Assembly (NCBI RefSeq): GCF_000315625.1
Contig: NW_005434643.1
Coordinates: forward strand, 526,812-590,811
Direction: 5' to 3'
Length of the DNA stretch: 64,000 nt
Source: Guillardia theta CCMP2712
Taxonomy: Eukaryota > Protista > Cryptophyta
Position numbers and translations under genes: made by a program. The notes below the pieces were generated by a model, which was not told the DNA's origin, searched no databases, and saw nothing but the letters and a program-made list of their open reading frames with translations. Shown one piece after another: positions 48,140 to 59,870 of this stretch. The first letter of the stretch is position 1. The number at the start of each line of letters is the position of its first letter.

Positions 48140-49690
48140 AAATAGGGGTGGGGTGGGTAGTTAAGAGGGCATCTCTTGGCGTAAAGGACCCTGCTGACAC
48201 ATACGTATATGCTATAGAGTGTAGTGCACAGGTGGGGTTCTGAACGCCAATCTGCAATGGAATAACACAATAATTTGCTGATGGTCTTAGTCGGTACAAA
48301 CGTCAGCGATGACGCCACGAATCAATGATTTGTACCAGAAAGGAAAAAAAAACTATCTCTACACAACGGGAACCCCTGCAGACTTTGGGGACCCCCTTTG
48401 GGAAAAGGTCTCTGATTCCTTGAGGATGTATACCACGACATATTGTTTAATTGCTATTGCCGTCCATTACAAAATCTAGAGCTAATACAGGTTACACGAT
48501 TGAACGGAACAAGCATGTGTTTTCACAGTGGGTCCCTTTTCAGGTTCATAGAGGACCCGAACATATTTTGGGATTGTTGTTGGAAGCTCTGGAACAGAGG
48601 GTAGTAGTTCCATATGGTGGGTGGTCAACAATATGGGAGAACGAAAACTACGAAAGGGTGGGTATGTACAAGATTTCTGGAAGGTAGGGTGTAAATTTTG
48701 ATCTACTGACGGGGGTGGGGTTCACATTGATAAGTTTGAACTACTCCTGGGGGTGGGGTTCATATTGATTCGCCGGGGGGTACCATGAAAATTGACCAAC
48801 TCCTCTTCGGCAGTGATGCGCCCCGGTTATTAGAGTATCGATCGTATTGGGGGTCAAAAACAGGGGAAAAGTAGGGGTGGGGAAGAGCATTCAAATTTGA
48901 AAGGGGTGAATTCCCTCAACAAGTTTGGTAATCGCCAGCAGGTGCAAATCGAGTTTGCCTGCAAGCTTTCGGGATGTCCCGAGAAGCAAAGTGAACACAG
49001 TCCATTTGTATTTCAAATATGGATGGCCAAGTTGGACTGAACAACTTGGATTTTCAAACTGGTCGAACCTCTGGCGCAGCTCCAGCAATCGACGGTAGGG
49101 GGTGGGTTCAAGAGTGTATGTTATTTATAATAGAAGTTTTAATCGACTGGCACACTGTGAAGGATGGGTATATTTGTGGTAGGGGTAGTCTTGGTAGTCG
49201 GGTTTGTACGAAGAGGTTGCTGTATTTCGTACCAGTCAAAAGTCTGCTAGGACCTAGAACAACCCCCAGTACCCTTTATCATGTTAGGGTGGTAAATTTG
49301 AACACCACACCAACCTTTTGGACGAAGAGGCTTAACGGCTGGTAATGAAGGGTAGGGTGAGGAACAACCAGGGGTACTACAAGACCCCGTCAGAATTGAC
49401 TACGAAAAGAAGGAATAATTCACTTGTGAGCATAGTTTAAATTATGGTATCATCCCACCTTGCTATGCAGGAGAATTTTTTGTACATCAAGGGTGGGGTA
49501 GCAAATATTGATGTTCTGGATATATCTCCTGGGGGTGGTCAATTACCGGCCACGGGACTCTCTTCGCTTGTTCTGGGGTCAGCCGTTGAGAGTAACGGAC
49601 ACGCGGCCTCCTGCTGACCCCAATAGACCCCCTTAGCGACTGACCACCCTCAGAGCAACAAGATTCAGTCTGGTTAGGATGAGGTAGGGG
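48140..49690 (+). other. Strand-skewed GGGT/GGGGT tract
   Basis: Repeated GGGGTGGG and GGGTAG words on the + strand; no credible ORF. Confidence 0.6.
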
Positions 49691-49719
49691 TGGATTCCTC
49701 TTTTTTCTCAGAAGTTGAG

Positions 49720-50540
49720 TCACACTTAACTTTGAGTAAACGGCAACTTGAGTCCGAGCGGCCCGGGCCCGCCGATGGCCAACTTAGTAGTCCAGCGCCG
49801 TCCGACTCGAGTCCTCATGAAATGATCTCAACTGAAATGATCTCGAATCAGGCGTACGGTAGTGACGGTCTGAGCCCGGCCGTCCTGGCCGGGCGGCCCG
49901 CGATAACCAAGCCGGAGACCCGAACGAGCCGCTGAGCCGCCGCTCCGGCGAGCCGCTCGGCTCAGTCTCCTGCCATGATTGTCCCCGGCCCGTACGTCGG
50001 ATTAACTGGATCTTAACTTAAGTAACTTAAAGTTTGAGTGAGGCCCCGGCCGGGCGGCCCCGCGGCGCCCCGCGGCGGCGCCCCGCCGCCCGCGGCCCGG
50101 CCCGGCTGGATCAGCCCGGCCAGCGCCAGTCTAGCAGCCGGAGGCCCCCCTGCCACCGTACGGTGCCACTGAGCCTGTTCATCGGAAGGTCCGGTCCGAC
50201 GGCCCGGCGGTCGGCTCACGCCGGGGCCGGGGGTCACCGCCGGGCCGGCACGGTCGGAACCGTTCGCCAAAGCCTGCCTTGGAAGGCTCAGGACCGTGAC
50301 ATCATCCCGGCTTGAAAGTTTGACTACGGTCAAAGCCTCGGCATTCAGCGGCAAGTCACAAGTTGACCCTTTCAAGCCGCCCGGCCTTCCAAGCTCGGCG
50401 GCTTACATGCGCACGCGGCGGCTACAGAGCTGCCACGGGCGGCCGCTTGCCGTCATGATGCCGCCTCAGTGGTGCTGCCGAAGTTGCTCAGGCAGCGGCC
50501 GACGGACTGTGCTGCTGAATCCGGCCATCGGCAGCGGCCT
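49720..50540. other. GC/palindrome-rich intergenic island 6
   Basis: Same vocabulary as the other islands; TTAACTTTGAGTAAA at 49726-49740. Confidence 0.75.
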
Positions 50541-50646
50541 CTTGCTCTCACTACAGTGAGCCTCCTTGTTGAAGTGCCACGCGCAAGTCTGCGGCATGTG
50601 TTCTGAAGCCTGACTCCTCTGCAAACGTACTCGATTCATTCCTGCA

Positions 50647-53169
50647 ATGCTGCCCGAGATTCAGCCCAATCTGCTGATTGTATGCGTGTTCCTGCTCCTC
50701 TCTCTCTCGGTTCGATCTTCGACACACAATGAGGATGGAGCGTATGTTGGCAGCATCAGCAACTCGTGGATTCAGATCCGATACCCTCAGGTCCTGCATC
50801 GCGCCGTCCTCTCAGAGCCAATCGCTTCCCAGCCAATGAGAAGTTACTTCCTTGAGATCTCCTCCGGCCCGCTCCCTGTGACTCTCGTGCATGGCTGGCA
50901 CTATGCGGGCACAGCAGACTTGGTCGACCAGCACAACGTGAGGGATCAACTAGTAATGCCGAGATGCTCCATTGTGATCATCAAGCAGGACATCTGGCTC
51001 AAGACATCTTCCAAGTGTGAAGTTCGGTCACAAGTGCTCTTCTCAGTCAACAACCAGCAGTACGAGCTGAACATCTCCAATAAGATAGTCCCTTTGCGTC
51101 ATGCAGAGACTATGCAGTCGGAGAGTGGATCAGAAGCCACACATCTCGACCTGCTGCAGAGCAGAGATGATCCTCCTCCTTCCAAGCGAGCATGTCCAGC
51201 CGGCATAACTCTCGTTACAGCTGCGATGGACTTGACGAGCGAGTGGCGTTCTCCTCAGAGGCATTGGGTGCATTATGCCGGGGGCATCAGGAAGATTGTC
51301 TCGCTGGGATGTCCGACCATTGCCTTCCTGGACTCAAAGATCGAGCAGAGCCTATCGCCAGAGGAAAGCCAGCTCCTGCGCGTTGAGAAGATTGAGAGGG
51401 CCGAACTGAGAAAGCTCCCCTTCTTCGATAGAATGCAGGAGATGCGAAATGAGTCCTGGAAATCTTTTGGATGGAATTGGCACAAGGTGTCAGAGTCTCC
51501 CTACTACCTTGCGCTTGTGTTGCTGAAGCCCCATCTGATCGCCAGAGCCGCAAGGATGCTCGGCCAGAGCTCCACGACGATGCTCGTGTGGATTGACTCG
51601 GTCCCTTCATGCTTCGGCTGCCTCGATGGTCACGATATCTCGACCTCATGGGTTGATGAGCTCGTTGACAACAAGAGAATCCTCGTCTCCTCCTACCACG
51701 CAACCCAGCGGTTCTGCAAGCACACAGACATGACGCAGCAAGGAGGGCTGCCCTGCCAGGAGCTCCCTCCGTTCACGATCAAGGGATCCTTCATGGCAAT
51801 GAAGGGGAAGGAGGCCCTCTGGCTGGAGGAGGAGTACAGCTCTGTGATGCACGAGGTCATGTCCAACGGCTTTCTCCTGACTGAGGAGTTCTACCTCTCC
51901 ATCGTAGCCAAGAGACACCCGCGGATGTTTTCGATTTTTGACCGGTCAGACAACCCAATGGGCTATGACTTGGAATGCATCCCTCTTTGCATGATAGCGA
52001 AAGACAACCCCAGCCTTCGCATCCTGTTCCCTTCCTACAACTCCACCATCGTTGCCGAGAAAGGCATCCTTCGATGGGAGGTTGACCACCATCAGGAGAA
52101 CATGCTCTTCATCGTCGGCATCCGAGCTCTGGATCCCCTGCGAGACCCCGCCGACGATTCAGAGTGGACGGAAGTGGAGTACACATCTGCGACATACAAG
52201 CAGTTTCCACTATTGAGCAACATGCTCTACGAGGCCAAGGTCACCCTGCACCCTCCGCATTTCGCCCTCACGGCAACCACTCGATTCAGGACGGAACCGC
52301 AGGAGGAGGAGAACTTTGTCGACGCGGACCGAGCAGCAGATTCGAGAGGGAACATCTTTGAGTCATGGCACTGGAGCATGGAGAGGAATAGCACTAGTGG
52401 CTTGTGTGTCTTCCTCGTGACTGACAGGCTGGAAGCGACTGAGTGGAGAATCGCGGAGGCGACAGTGACGGATATGATACTCTTCTGCTCTGACAAGGTA
52501 CATCTTGACCCGCTGCCGTTCCTCCATTGAAATTCCACAGGGATACGAGACGAGCTGGTTGACTTACGGTGAGGAATGAGGAGGAGTTCTTCGACGCAGA
52601 TGGAAGTGGGAGGTGGGGGAGGGGAGGGGAAGGGAAATGAGGAGTTCTTAGTTCATGCTGACTGCGACCCACGGCAGAAGGACTGGCGCTGCTGGAGAGA
52701 CACGTAAGGCCTCTGCTAGTGCATCTTGACGCGATGGGAGTAGGGGTGGAGATGTACGAGAAGGTGAGGGGGGGGGGCTTCCGCAAATGAAGAAACATGT
52801 GTCAATGCCGACCGACAGGCTCTAGAGTTCGTGTACGAACGGCTCGAGCACGGGGACCTCTTGCTAGGTATGAAGAGCTGAGAGAGGAAGGGGGAGGAAG
52901 AGGGTTTGGAGTGATTATGCCCCGGTGGAGCTGAGCTCAAAGGCAGGGGCTGGCTACATGCCTGGGGAATACTTCGATGCTTGCTTGCAGAAGTCCGTGC
53001 GGTGAGGGTTGGAGGGCAGCTGAACGAGAGGCTGACGTCAGAGCTGTCAAGATCTCCAGTCCGACAGGCCCTGAGGAGTTTCTGCAAAACGCGCGGCCTG
53101 AGGGTCGGGGTTACTGTTGAATACTCCTTTCCGTCCTGGTACCTGGTCAAGATGTCAGATCCTTCCTAA
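50647..53169 (+). CDS. Secreted HtrL/YibB-like protein, probably spliced to a C-terminal methyltransferase-like region
   Basis: N-terminal signal; ITLVTAAMDL, SPYYLALVLLKPHL, LVWIDS, GSF...TEEFYLSIVAKRHPRMF resemble HtrL_YibB. Downstream exons LVHLDA...ALEFVYERL...GDLLL and VRQALRSFC resemble the end of a class I SAM methyltransferase. Confidence 0.55.
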
Positions 53170-53712
53170 GGCCTTAATTGCAAAATGATTGATTGAAGTT
53201 TACTGTCACAAAATGCAGCAGCCCAGTCGATCAACCAGATGGGTCTCAACTATGAGTATCATGGATACAACTTGGGTTGCAGCAGTGGAGCAACGTAGCA
53301 CCAGCCTGGTAGCAGAGCTCTTGAATTTGTTGCGAGTTACACTGAAACCGTAAACAATTACCATGTTGAACATGGGCATGGAGCAAACAAGCTCTCCTGT
53401 TGTTGCAGACAGCACCAGCAAGGTGGAAGAAACGTGATTTGTGTTGTCCTGAAATTGAACCGCATCTTGTGAACAATCCCATGTTGGATAGCGCCTTCAT
53501 CAGTGAAGTCGGTCAACAGCGGATCATTGTAGGTCTTGTCGGGGAGAACAGTGAGGAATCATAGAAGATAGGATCATTCTTTGCTGAGCCCTTTTTTTGT
53601 TGTTGTCTCTCACTTTGAACCATAGACACGCGATGGATAGATTCGTTCGTCTTTTATAATCACAAAACTACTTTACACTCTAATCTACAGAAATTCGGCG
53701 ATGCACTGTTAT

Positions 53713-53955
53713 CTAATGTTCTCTTCGCGCTTGAGGAATGCTCGGGAGTTCGGCGAGCTCACCATCAGCCCTCTGCTCAATCTTCTTCTGCACCATCATG
53801 ATTGAGTTGGCCAGGCATAGGAGCTTCCTTCGCTTATCCAAGGAGAAGCTCGTCCACCTTTCAGCGCTGATATTGAAGGGTGCAGGACTGCAAGCAGCGC
53901 TTGAGTTCTGGAAAGAGCCTGCGGGAGCGTGTTGGAGAGAGCGATGGGTGCTCAT
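53713..53955 (-). CDS. Small hypothetical protein
   Basis: ATG-initiated ~80-aa ORF (MSTHRSLQ...) followed by an AT-rich UTR. Confidence 0.3.
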   Translation of the reverse strand: MSTHRSLQHAPAGSFQNSSAACSPAPFNISAERWTSFSLDKRRKLLCLANSIMMVQKKIEQRADGELAELPSIPQARREH

Positions 53956-54534
53956 GGCGATGACGTTTGAAGTAAGCTGAGCACACATCTTGATCGAGGT
54001 GTTGGATGTTTCTGCTGGTTGTGATCGGGAGGAGGGTAGACACTAGTGGTTTAAAAGAGTATCTCGGGGAGGTTGCGCTGATAGAGCCTGTAGTAAACGA
54101 CGCTCACATGGTCCTGTCACGAGACATCTACCTTTGAAGGGATGCTGTTTATGGACTCACCCACGTGACACATCATTTTTTACTACCTACTTTCTTGTGC
54201 CGCTTTTGCGAATCATTGCATCTAAGAGGGACTGCTGTGTCCACCCTTACAGGGATCTCAACGTTTGGATATTTTACAGCCGCCAACGCACGACCCCTTC
54301 GTCCATCATTGCGGCGACAGCTGTCAGCATCAGAGCATGACCTGCTGCGATGATGTCAGCCATAGCACGGACAGTAATTACCTCAAACTCAGTCGATGTG
54401 TGACCTCGGTGCCGGCCCGGGCCCGGCATAACCTGGGGCGGACCTGGTAGACATATTGGATTTTTTCGAAGACCGCCTGAAGTCATGGCGGAGATGAGAC
54501 GTGGCAGAGAGGAAGGGGGGGGGGGGGGGGGGGA

Positions 54535-54595
54535 CCACGGGGTACCCAAGGGCGCGGAATCTGTTAGACACGCAGCTCTTTCCACTCGCTATCCC
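54535..54595 (-). CDS. Dephospho-CoA kinase-like exon fragment cut by the assembly gap
   Basis: GIASGKSCVSNRFRALGYPVV matches the CoaE P-loop region; adjoining exons not found. Confidence 0.5.
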
Positions 54596-54695
54596 NNNNN
54601 NNNNNNNNNNNNNNNNNNNNNNNNNNNNNNNNNNNNNNNNNNNNNNNNNNNNNNNNNNNNNNNNNNNNNNNNNNNNNNNNNNNNNNNNNNNNNNN
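54596..54695. other. Assembly gap (100 N)
   Basis: Run of N; neighbouring G/C homopolymers suggest low-quality contig ends. Confidence 1.
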
Positions 54696-55196
54696 TAAAG
54701 CAAAAGAGATATGTTAGGGCAGTGAAGCAAACACAGAGAACCCTTTCCTCCTCTTCGAAACATCCCGCCCTGTTCCCTTTCGCACCCCCCCCCCCTCCTC
54801 TCCCCCCCCCCCCACGCCTGTTCCCGGGTCTTCCTCTCTTCTCCCCTTTGTCTGATCAGGTCCATTAGTTGAATAGATTCTCGGCAGCGAGGTGGCGGTT
54901 GGTCCGACTAGGGGCAGAAGGGGATAGGCCTGAAAACCTTTTTCGGGGGGGGGGGGAAGACATGGAAGGATGGTTTCTGGGGGAGCTTGTTGAGGAACGA
55001 AATCGAGGAGGTGTGGCCATGTTTAGTTGGGTCCCAGGTAGAGAGCGATTCCCTTTCTCATAATCGAAATATCTCAGTGATGAATCCTTTTCTCATGTTT
55101 ATATTATGATCGTCGCTTGAACATCTGACCCATGCATAGGAATTGACTTGTCCGGGACAAGTTTAAGGTTGCTCGTTGGCAAATGGCAGACGTGCA

Positions 55197-56068
55197 TGCA
55201 AGTCGGTGACGTTTTGAGGGGTATGGTGGACTGTGTAGCTGCTGAAGACAAGGATCAAGGCGACTTGCATCGTCAACATGGTGACGATGGCTTTGACAAC
55301 TTTCTGGAACAAGAGTTGGAGCGGTTGAAACGAGCGAGCCACCACCATAAGGCGACAGATCGTTTATACGTTCTTAGAGCTTCTGCAAACAGCAGTGCCA
55401 TGATCGACGGATGGTGGGCCGAGTTCGGCGTATTCGAAGGAATCAGCATCAACGCTCTTGCAGCGATTGCAAAGTCCCGCAGAATCGAAAAGTCCAAGGC
55501 TCCTACACACATCTACGGGTTCGACAGCTTCGAAGGCTTACCAGCACCCGAAACGGACGGGCGAACAGATTGGCTGACCAGGCGATTTGACCGGCGTGGT
55601 GAGTTGCCGCGAGTGGACGAGTCTGTCGAACTGATAGCAGGCTGGTTCTGTGATACAATCCCCTGCTTCTTGTCCAGAGCTGAAGTCCGGGGGAAACCTG
55701 CATCTCTGATCCACGTCGACTCCGATATCTATAGCTCCGCCATCTTCGTTCTTGAGGAGCTGACGCGAGCGGGGGCGATAGTGGAGGGAACGATCGTCGT
55801 CTTTGATGAGCTGCTGCACTATGAAGGCTACGAGCGCCATGAGATGAGAGCTTTGTGGGAGTGGGGAGGCAAGTTTGGAGCCGAATGGGAATGGATCTGC
55901 GTAAAGCATCGGGTCATGGGAAGGGAGGAGAGTCTGGGATCCTCCGTTCGCGTCCCTCACCGGCACCTTCGCTCTCAGGGATACGATCAGTCGGCCGCAC
56001 TGCGAGTTGTGAAGCTGAATACAGCCGTTGTCGGCGAGCAGTCCGATCGGCGAGCAACTGAGAGCTGA
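55197..56068 (+). CDS. TylF/MycF-like sugar O-methyltransferase; 5' end uncertain
   Basis: WAEFGVFEG, IYGFDSFEGLP, ELIAGWFCDTIP, LIHVDSDIYSSA, GTIVVFDEL, HEMRALWEW. Confidence 0.85.
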
Positions 56069-56109
56069 GTCGAAGCGGAATGTCTAATTAAGTTATCAGA
56101 AGCTCAGTG

Positions 56110-57010
56110 CGGACTCGTCGGACTCTAATCAAGTTCGAAACAAGTACCGCTGTCTCACTGTGTGGGCCTCCGAGTCACCGGCGTGCTGAGATCGGACTCC
56201 GGACTGTCACTCCGGGCACCGGCGCCCGGACCGGAAGTTGGGCCCGGGGCAGCCTAAGTTAAGCTGGCCGCAGTGATCGGACCGTGGCCGGCTCCGGTCA
56301 CCGGGTTGACTCATACACCGAGGACTCGGATGCCGCGGGGCCGCCCCCGCCCGGCGCCGCCGGCCCCGGGGCGGCGGGCCCGGGCCTCCGGACCGCCGGA
56401 CCAGCCTGGGACGGCCGGGTGTAGTGTACGGGCCCCCCGCCCGGCCGGGCCGGGTCACTCATATCCACGGTACGGTCCGGGACCGTCCTGACGGGCCCGG
56501 GCCGGCCGGCCCTGCCTGGCTAGGCTTAACTCGAACTTGCCTATCCGAAGATCCCGCCGGTACGGTCCCCAGCGGCCCGGCCCTCGCCGGTCACTCAGAG
56601 CCGCCGGCCCGGGCCTGAGGCGGCGGGAGTGAGCCTCGGAGATCGGACAGTGTCGAGCGACGGCGCCGGCGCCGCCGCCCGCCGGAATCTCATCACCCGG
56701 CCGACTCGGCGATCATCGGATCGCAAGGCGGAACTCAGGGCCGTTGCCGGGAAGGCTCTCCGAATTCTGAAGTTCAATCCGGGTGACCGTTAACCGGTTG
56801 AGTTAACTTTGAGTAAAATTTCAGGCGTACTCAGTACCGTAAGAAGTGACCGGGTTATGGTCAGTCACGCCGGGCTGTCATGAAGTAGTAGGCGAACTTG
56901 GTTAACTTCGCAGGTCCGTGGAGTCGGCCCGGGCGAGAGTCAGCGTACCGTACTCTTGAGGATCAACTTTTAGTTGATCAACTTATCAGAGCGCCGGGCC
57001 CCGGGTACGT
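56110..57010. other. GC/palindrome-rich intergenic island 7
   Basis: Same vocabulary; TTAACTTTGAGTAAA at 56803-56817; followed by a GGGT tract at 57030-57450. Confidence 0.75.
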
Positions 57011-57613
57011 AGAGGATCAGGCACGAGGATGCGGGGAGTAGTGACTGAGTCAAAATACCCCGACACTGCCATCGGTAGATAGGGGTAGATAGGCCCCCGT
57101 GGGGTGGGGTATAGGATCACCTCCCCCGGCCTCAGACCGGGTGGGGTGGATAAATGGGGAGTGAGATGGTAGGAGGTAGTCGCAGAAAGTTCATTTTCAC
57201 AACTTAATAAGGGTAGGGGTAGGGTAGGCGCAAGGGACATACCAAGTCCATGGGGTGTAAAGCAGGGAGAACAAAAGGAGGGTGGGGTGGTATTCAGGAT
57301 GCACACGAGGACGGCGGAAGTAGGTCCAACAGGGGTAGGTGGATTGGATGTGTTCGTGACAGGTACAAAGTGCGTAAAGAAGGGGGGTAGTGGGGTAGTC
57401 GGATTAACTTTTCGAAGGGCAGTAGATTTGAAAGGAGGGTGGGGTACTCAAGTGTTTTAACATTGTTTTTAAAAAAAAGTGAACATGCAAGGGGAACAAA
57501 ACAGGAGGAAGCAACCACTTCAAAGCAAACTCAGAGAAGAACAAAGAAGAAGTGAGTAGTAGACGTCTGAAGAGCAGGTGGTAGACATCTGGAGAGCAGG
57601 AAAGTGTGTTGGC

Positions 57614-59134
57614 ATGCGAGATCTTACCGGCGAGGAGAGAGAGTCAGCCATGTCGTGTGCCGGGACTCCTGTTGCTTCGATGACAACAAATATTCCCCTG
57701 TGCCTCGAAGGAGGAGATTCATTGACATACTCTCTACCAACGTCTCCCTCTGACCCCTTCCGCTCTCTCATGCCGATTCTTGACGGAAAGCTGTATTTTA
57801 CATGTGTACGGTCGATGCCTCCATCGGACGCAAAGCATGAATATTTCAAAATCCACAAGAAGTTCAAGTATGCTCCTTTCTGTGCAGATTTCGGGCCATA
57901 CAACCTCGGAACAACCCATCACTTTTGTGATACAGTAAAACGAATGCTCAAGAATCCGGAAAACTCAAGAAAGCAGATCGTGTTTTGTTGTGGTGTGGAG
58001 ACTGAAGATGTCACGAATGCGGTGTATCTCTTGGGATCGTTTCTGGTCTTGAAGATGGAGGCCAGTGTGCTTGACGTCATGCACATCTTCTCGGCCCTTC
58101 CTCGAGGAGTCTTGCGCCCCTACAGAGATGCGACGTGGGTACGGAGCACCTACGACCTCAAGCTAGACGACTGCTGGGCAGCCCTACAAAGAGCAGTGGC
58201 AACGGGGCTGTACATGCCCGCGTCCTTCAGCAAGGAGGAGTACTTCTACTACGAGGAGCCCTGCAATGGAGACATGCACGTGATCCTTCCCGGCAAGTTC
58301 TTGGCCTTCCGGGGCCCTGTGGGAAGGCGGGGCGGGCAGGGCTCGTCGTGTTTTGTACCGGCAGATTACTTTGAGGTTTTCAAGAGCCAGGATGTGAGCA
58401 CGGTGATACGACTCAACTCACCTGAGTACGATAGAGAGGATTTTGTCAAGGGAGGGTTCAGCCATCACGAGCTGCAATTCCGAGACTGCAGCACGCCTCC
58501 TCCTCGTATCATTGATGAGTTCCTTAGGATCGCAGAGGGTGAAACCAGAACTATCGCCGTGCATTGTCTCGCGGGACTCGGCAGGACAGGGACGCTCATT
58601 GCGATCTACATTATGAAGCATTTCTACTTCACAGCAGCTGAAGCCATCGCATGGGTCAGGATTTGTCGCCCCGGCAGCATCATTGGCCCACAGCAACAGT
58701 TCCTAGAAGACCTAGAGGAGATTCTGCATGCCATGGGCAGGGCGGGAGTTGAGGGGTTTGACATCAGCATGATGAGCAGCAAGCAAGACTCTGAGTATGG
58801 CAGCACTGAATACACGGACAAGCTCGCATACATGGTAACTGAGAGTATCAGCCACAGGGGACGCAAGATCATGCAGCGGTCGGAGTCTGTCCATCAACAG
58901 CTGGGGCCTGATGCGAAGCCAAGCCCTGTCGGGGCACAGGGTGAGGATGCGAAGACCATGAAAGCTCTTCAGAACGTTAAGCCAAACTCCCCCAAGCAGA
59001 AAAACAGTGTGCTTCGATATTTGTGGGAGAAGCGGAAATCTCTTTTCTCTAGTGCAGAGGTGACACAGGAGGAGAGTTGCGGCCAAGCAGCAGGGATGAT
59101 GTATGGAGGTCTCGAGCGGGTCAACACTTTCTGA
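57614..59134 (+). CDS. CDC14: Cdc14 dual-specificity phosphatase, paralog B, intronless
   Basis: YAPFCADFGPYNL, YRDA, NGDMHVILPGKFLAFRGP, VIRLN, IAVHCLAGLGRTGTLI, RICRPGSIIGPQQ. Confidence 0.93.
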   Translation: MRDLTGEERESAMSCAGTPVASMTTNIPLCLEGGDSLTYSLPTSPSDPFRSLMPILDGKLYFTCVRSMPPSDAKHEYFKIHKKFKYAPFCADFGPYNLGTTHHFCDTVKRMLKNPENSRKQIVFCCGVETEDVTNAVYLLGSFLVLKMEASVLDVMHIFSALPRGVLRPYRDATWVRSTYDLKLDDCWAALQRAVATGLYMPASFSKEEYFYYEEPCNGDMHVILPGKFLAFRGPVGRRGGQGSSCFVPADYFEVFKSQDVSTVIRLNSPEYDREDFVKGGFSHHELQFRDCSTPPPRIIDEFLRIAEGETRTIAVHCLAGLGRTGTLIAIYIMKHFYFTAAEAIAWVRICRPGSIIGPQQQFLEDLEEILHAMGRAGVEGFDISMMSSKQDSEYGSTEYTDKLAYMVTESISHRGRKIMQRSESVHQQLGPDAKPSPVGAQGEDAKTMKALQNVKPNSPKQKNSVLRYLWEKRKSLFSSAEVTQEESCGQAAGMMYGGLERVNTF

Positions 59135-59239
59135 TATCAAATGTTTCAACTTTATTTGTTTAAAATTTTACAGTGTTTTCAATACACTTGAATCGTAAGA
59201 TCTCATGGCAATTTGTCTCTGCCGCTTTCCGAGTTCTTA

Positions 59240-59870
59240 TGACATAGCCGGCCGCACTGCGGCACAGGCTTTGCAAGCCGCGGGTGAAGCCGTCCGATCA
59301 GGCTATTAGGCAGGCTACGGTACAGCGGCAGTCACGGCTGTCCGAGTGCTCAGCGGCGGCAGCTCAGTGTCACAGTCCGACATCCGATCATGCGACTCAG
59401 CGTCACTGGCATTGCCGGCACCCGGCCCGCCGGTACGGTCCTACCGTCTCACTGTCAGTGTCGGACAGTCCGTGACGCCGGGACTCGAACTTGGGCCAGT
59501 CACTGAGTGACTGAAAGTGCACTGAACTCGTACTGCTTTTTAACTTAACTTTGAGTAAAAGGGAACTCAGTGATCGGCTGACTGAGGCTATACGATGCCC
59601 CGGCGGAATGGCGCGGCCATTTCGAATGGCACTGCCGCAAGTATCGGAACTCGGAAACTTGAAACTGAGTTGCCGCCGCACGGCCGCCGGCCCGCGTGTC
59701 TGGGACCGGGCACCGTGTGGTCACGCCGGGTGCCACTCAGTCACACTGTGCGGCCACTTCAGTGCCGCCGACCGTCCGGGCCGGCCGGTCGCCGGTCACT
59801 GGTCACCGGGTCGGGTGCCCGGAGCCTCCGAGAGTACGGGCCACCCGATATCCCGGGCCGGGTGAGAGTC
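59240..59870. other. GC/palindrome-rich intergenic island 8
   Basis: Same vocabulary; TTAACTTTGAGTAAA at 59545-59559. Confidence 0.75.

Noticed and set aside
53206-53421. Small ORF ending in CaaX-like GCCIL
   Set aside because: No ATG start or other support; could easily be chance.
56110-59870. Islands 7 and 8 as terminal inverted repeats of a transposon carrying Cdc14
   Set aside because: The shared 15-mer is in direct orientation, and I found no extended inverted homology or target-site duplication.
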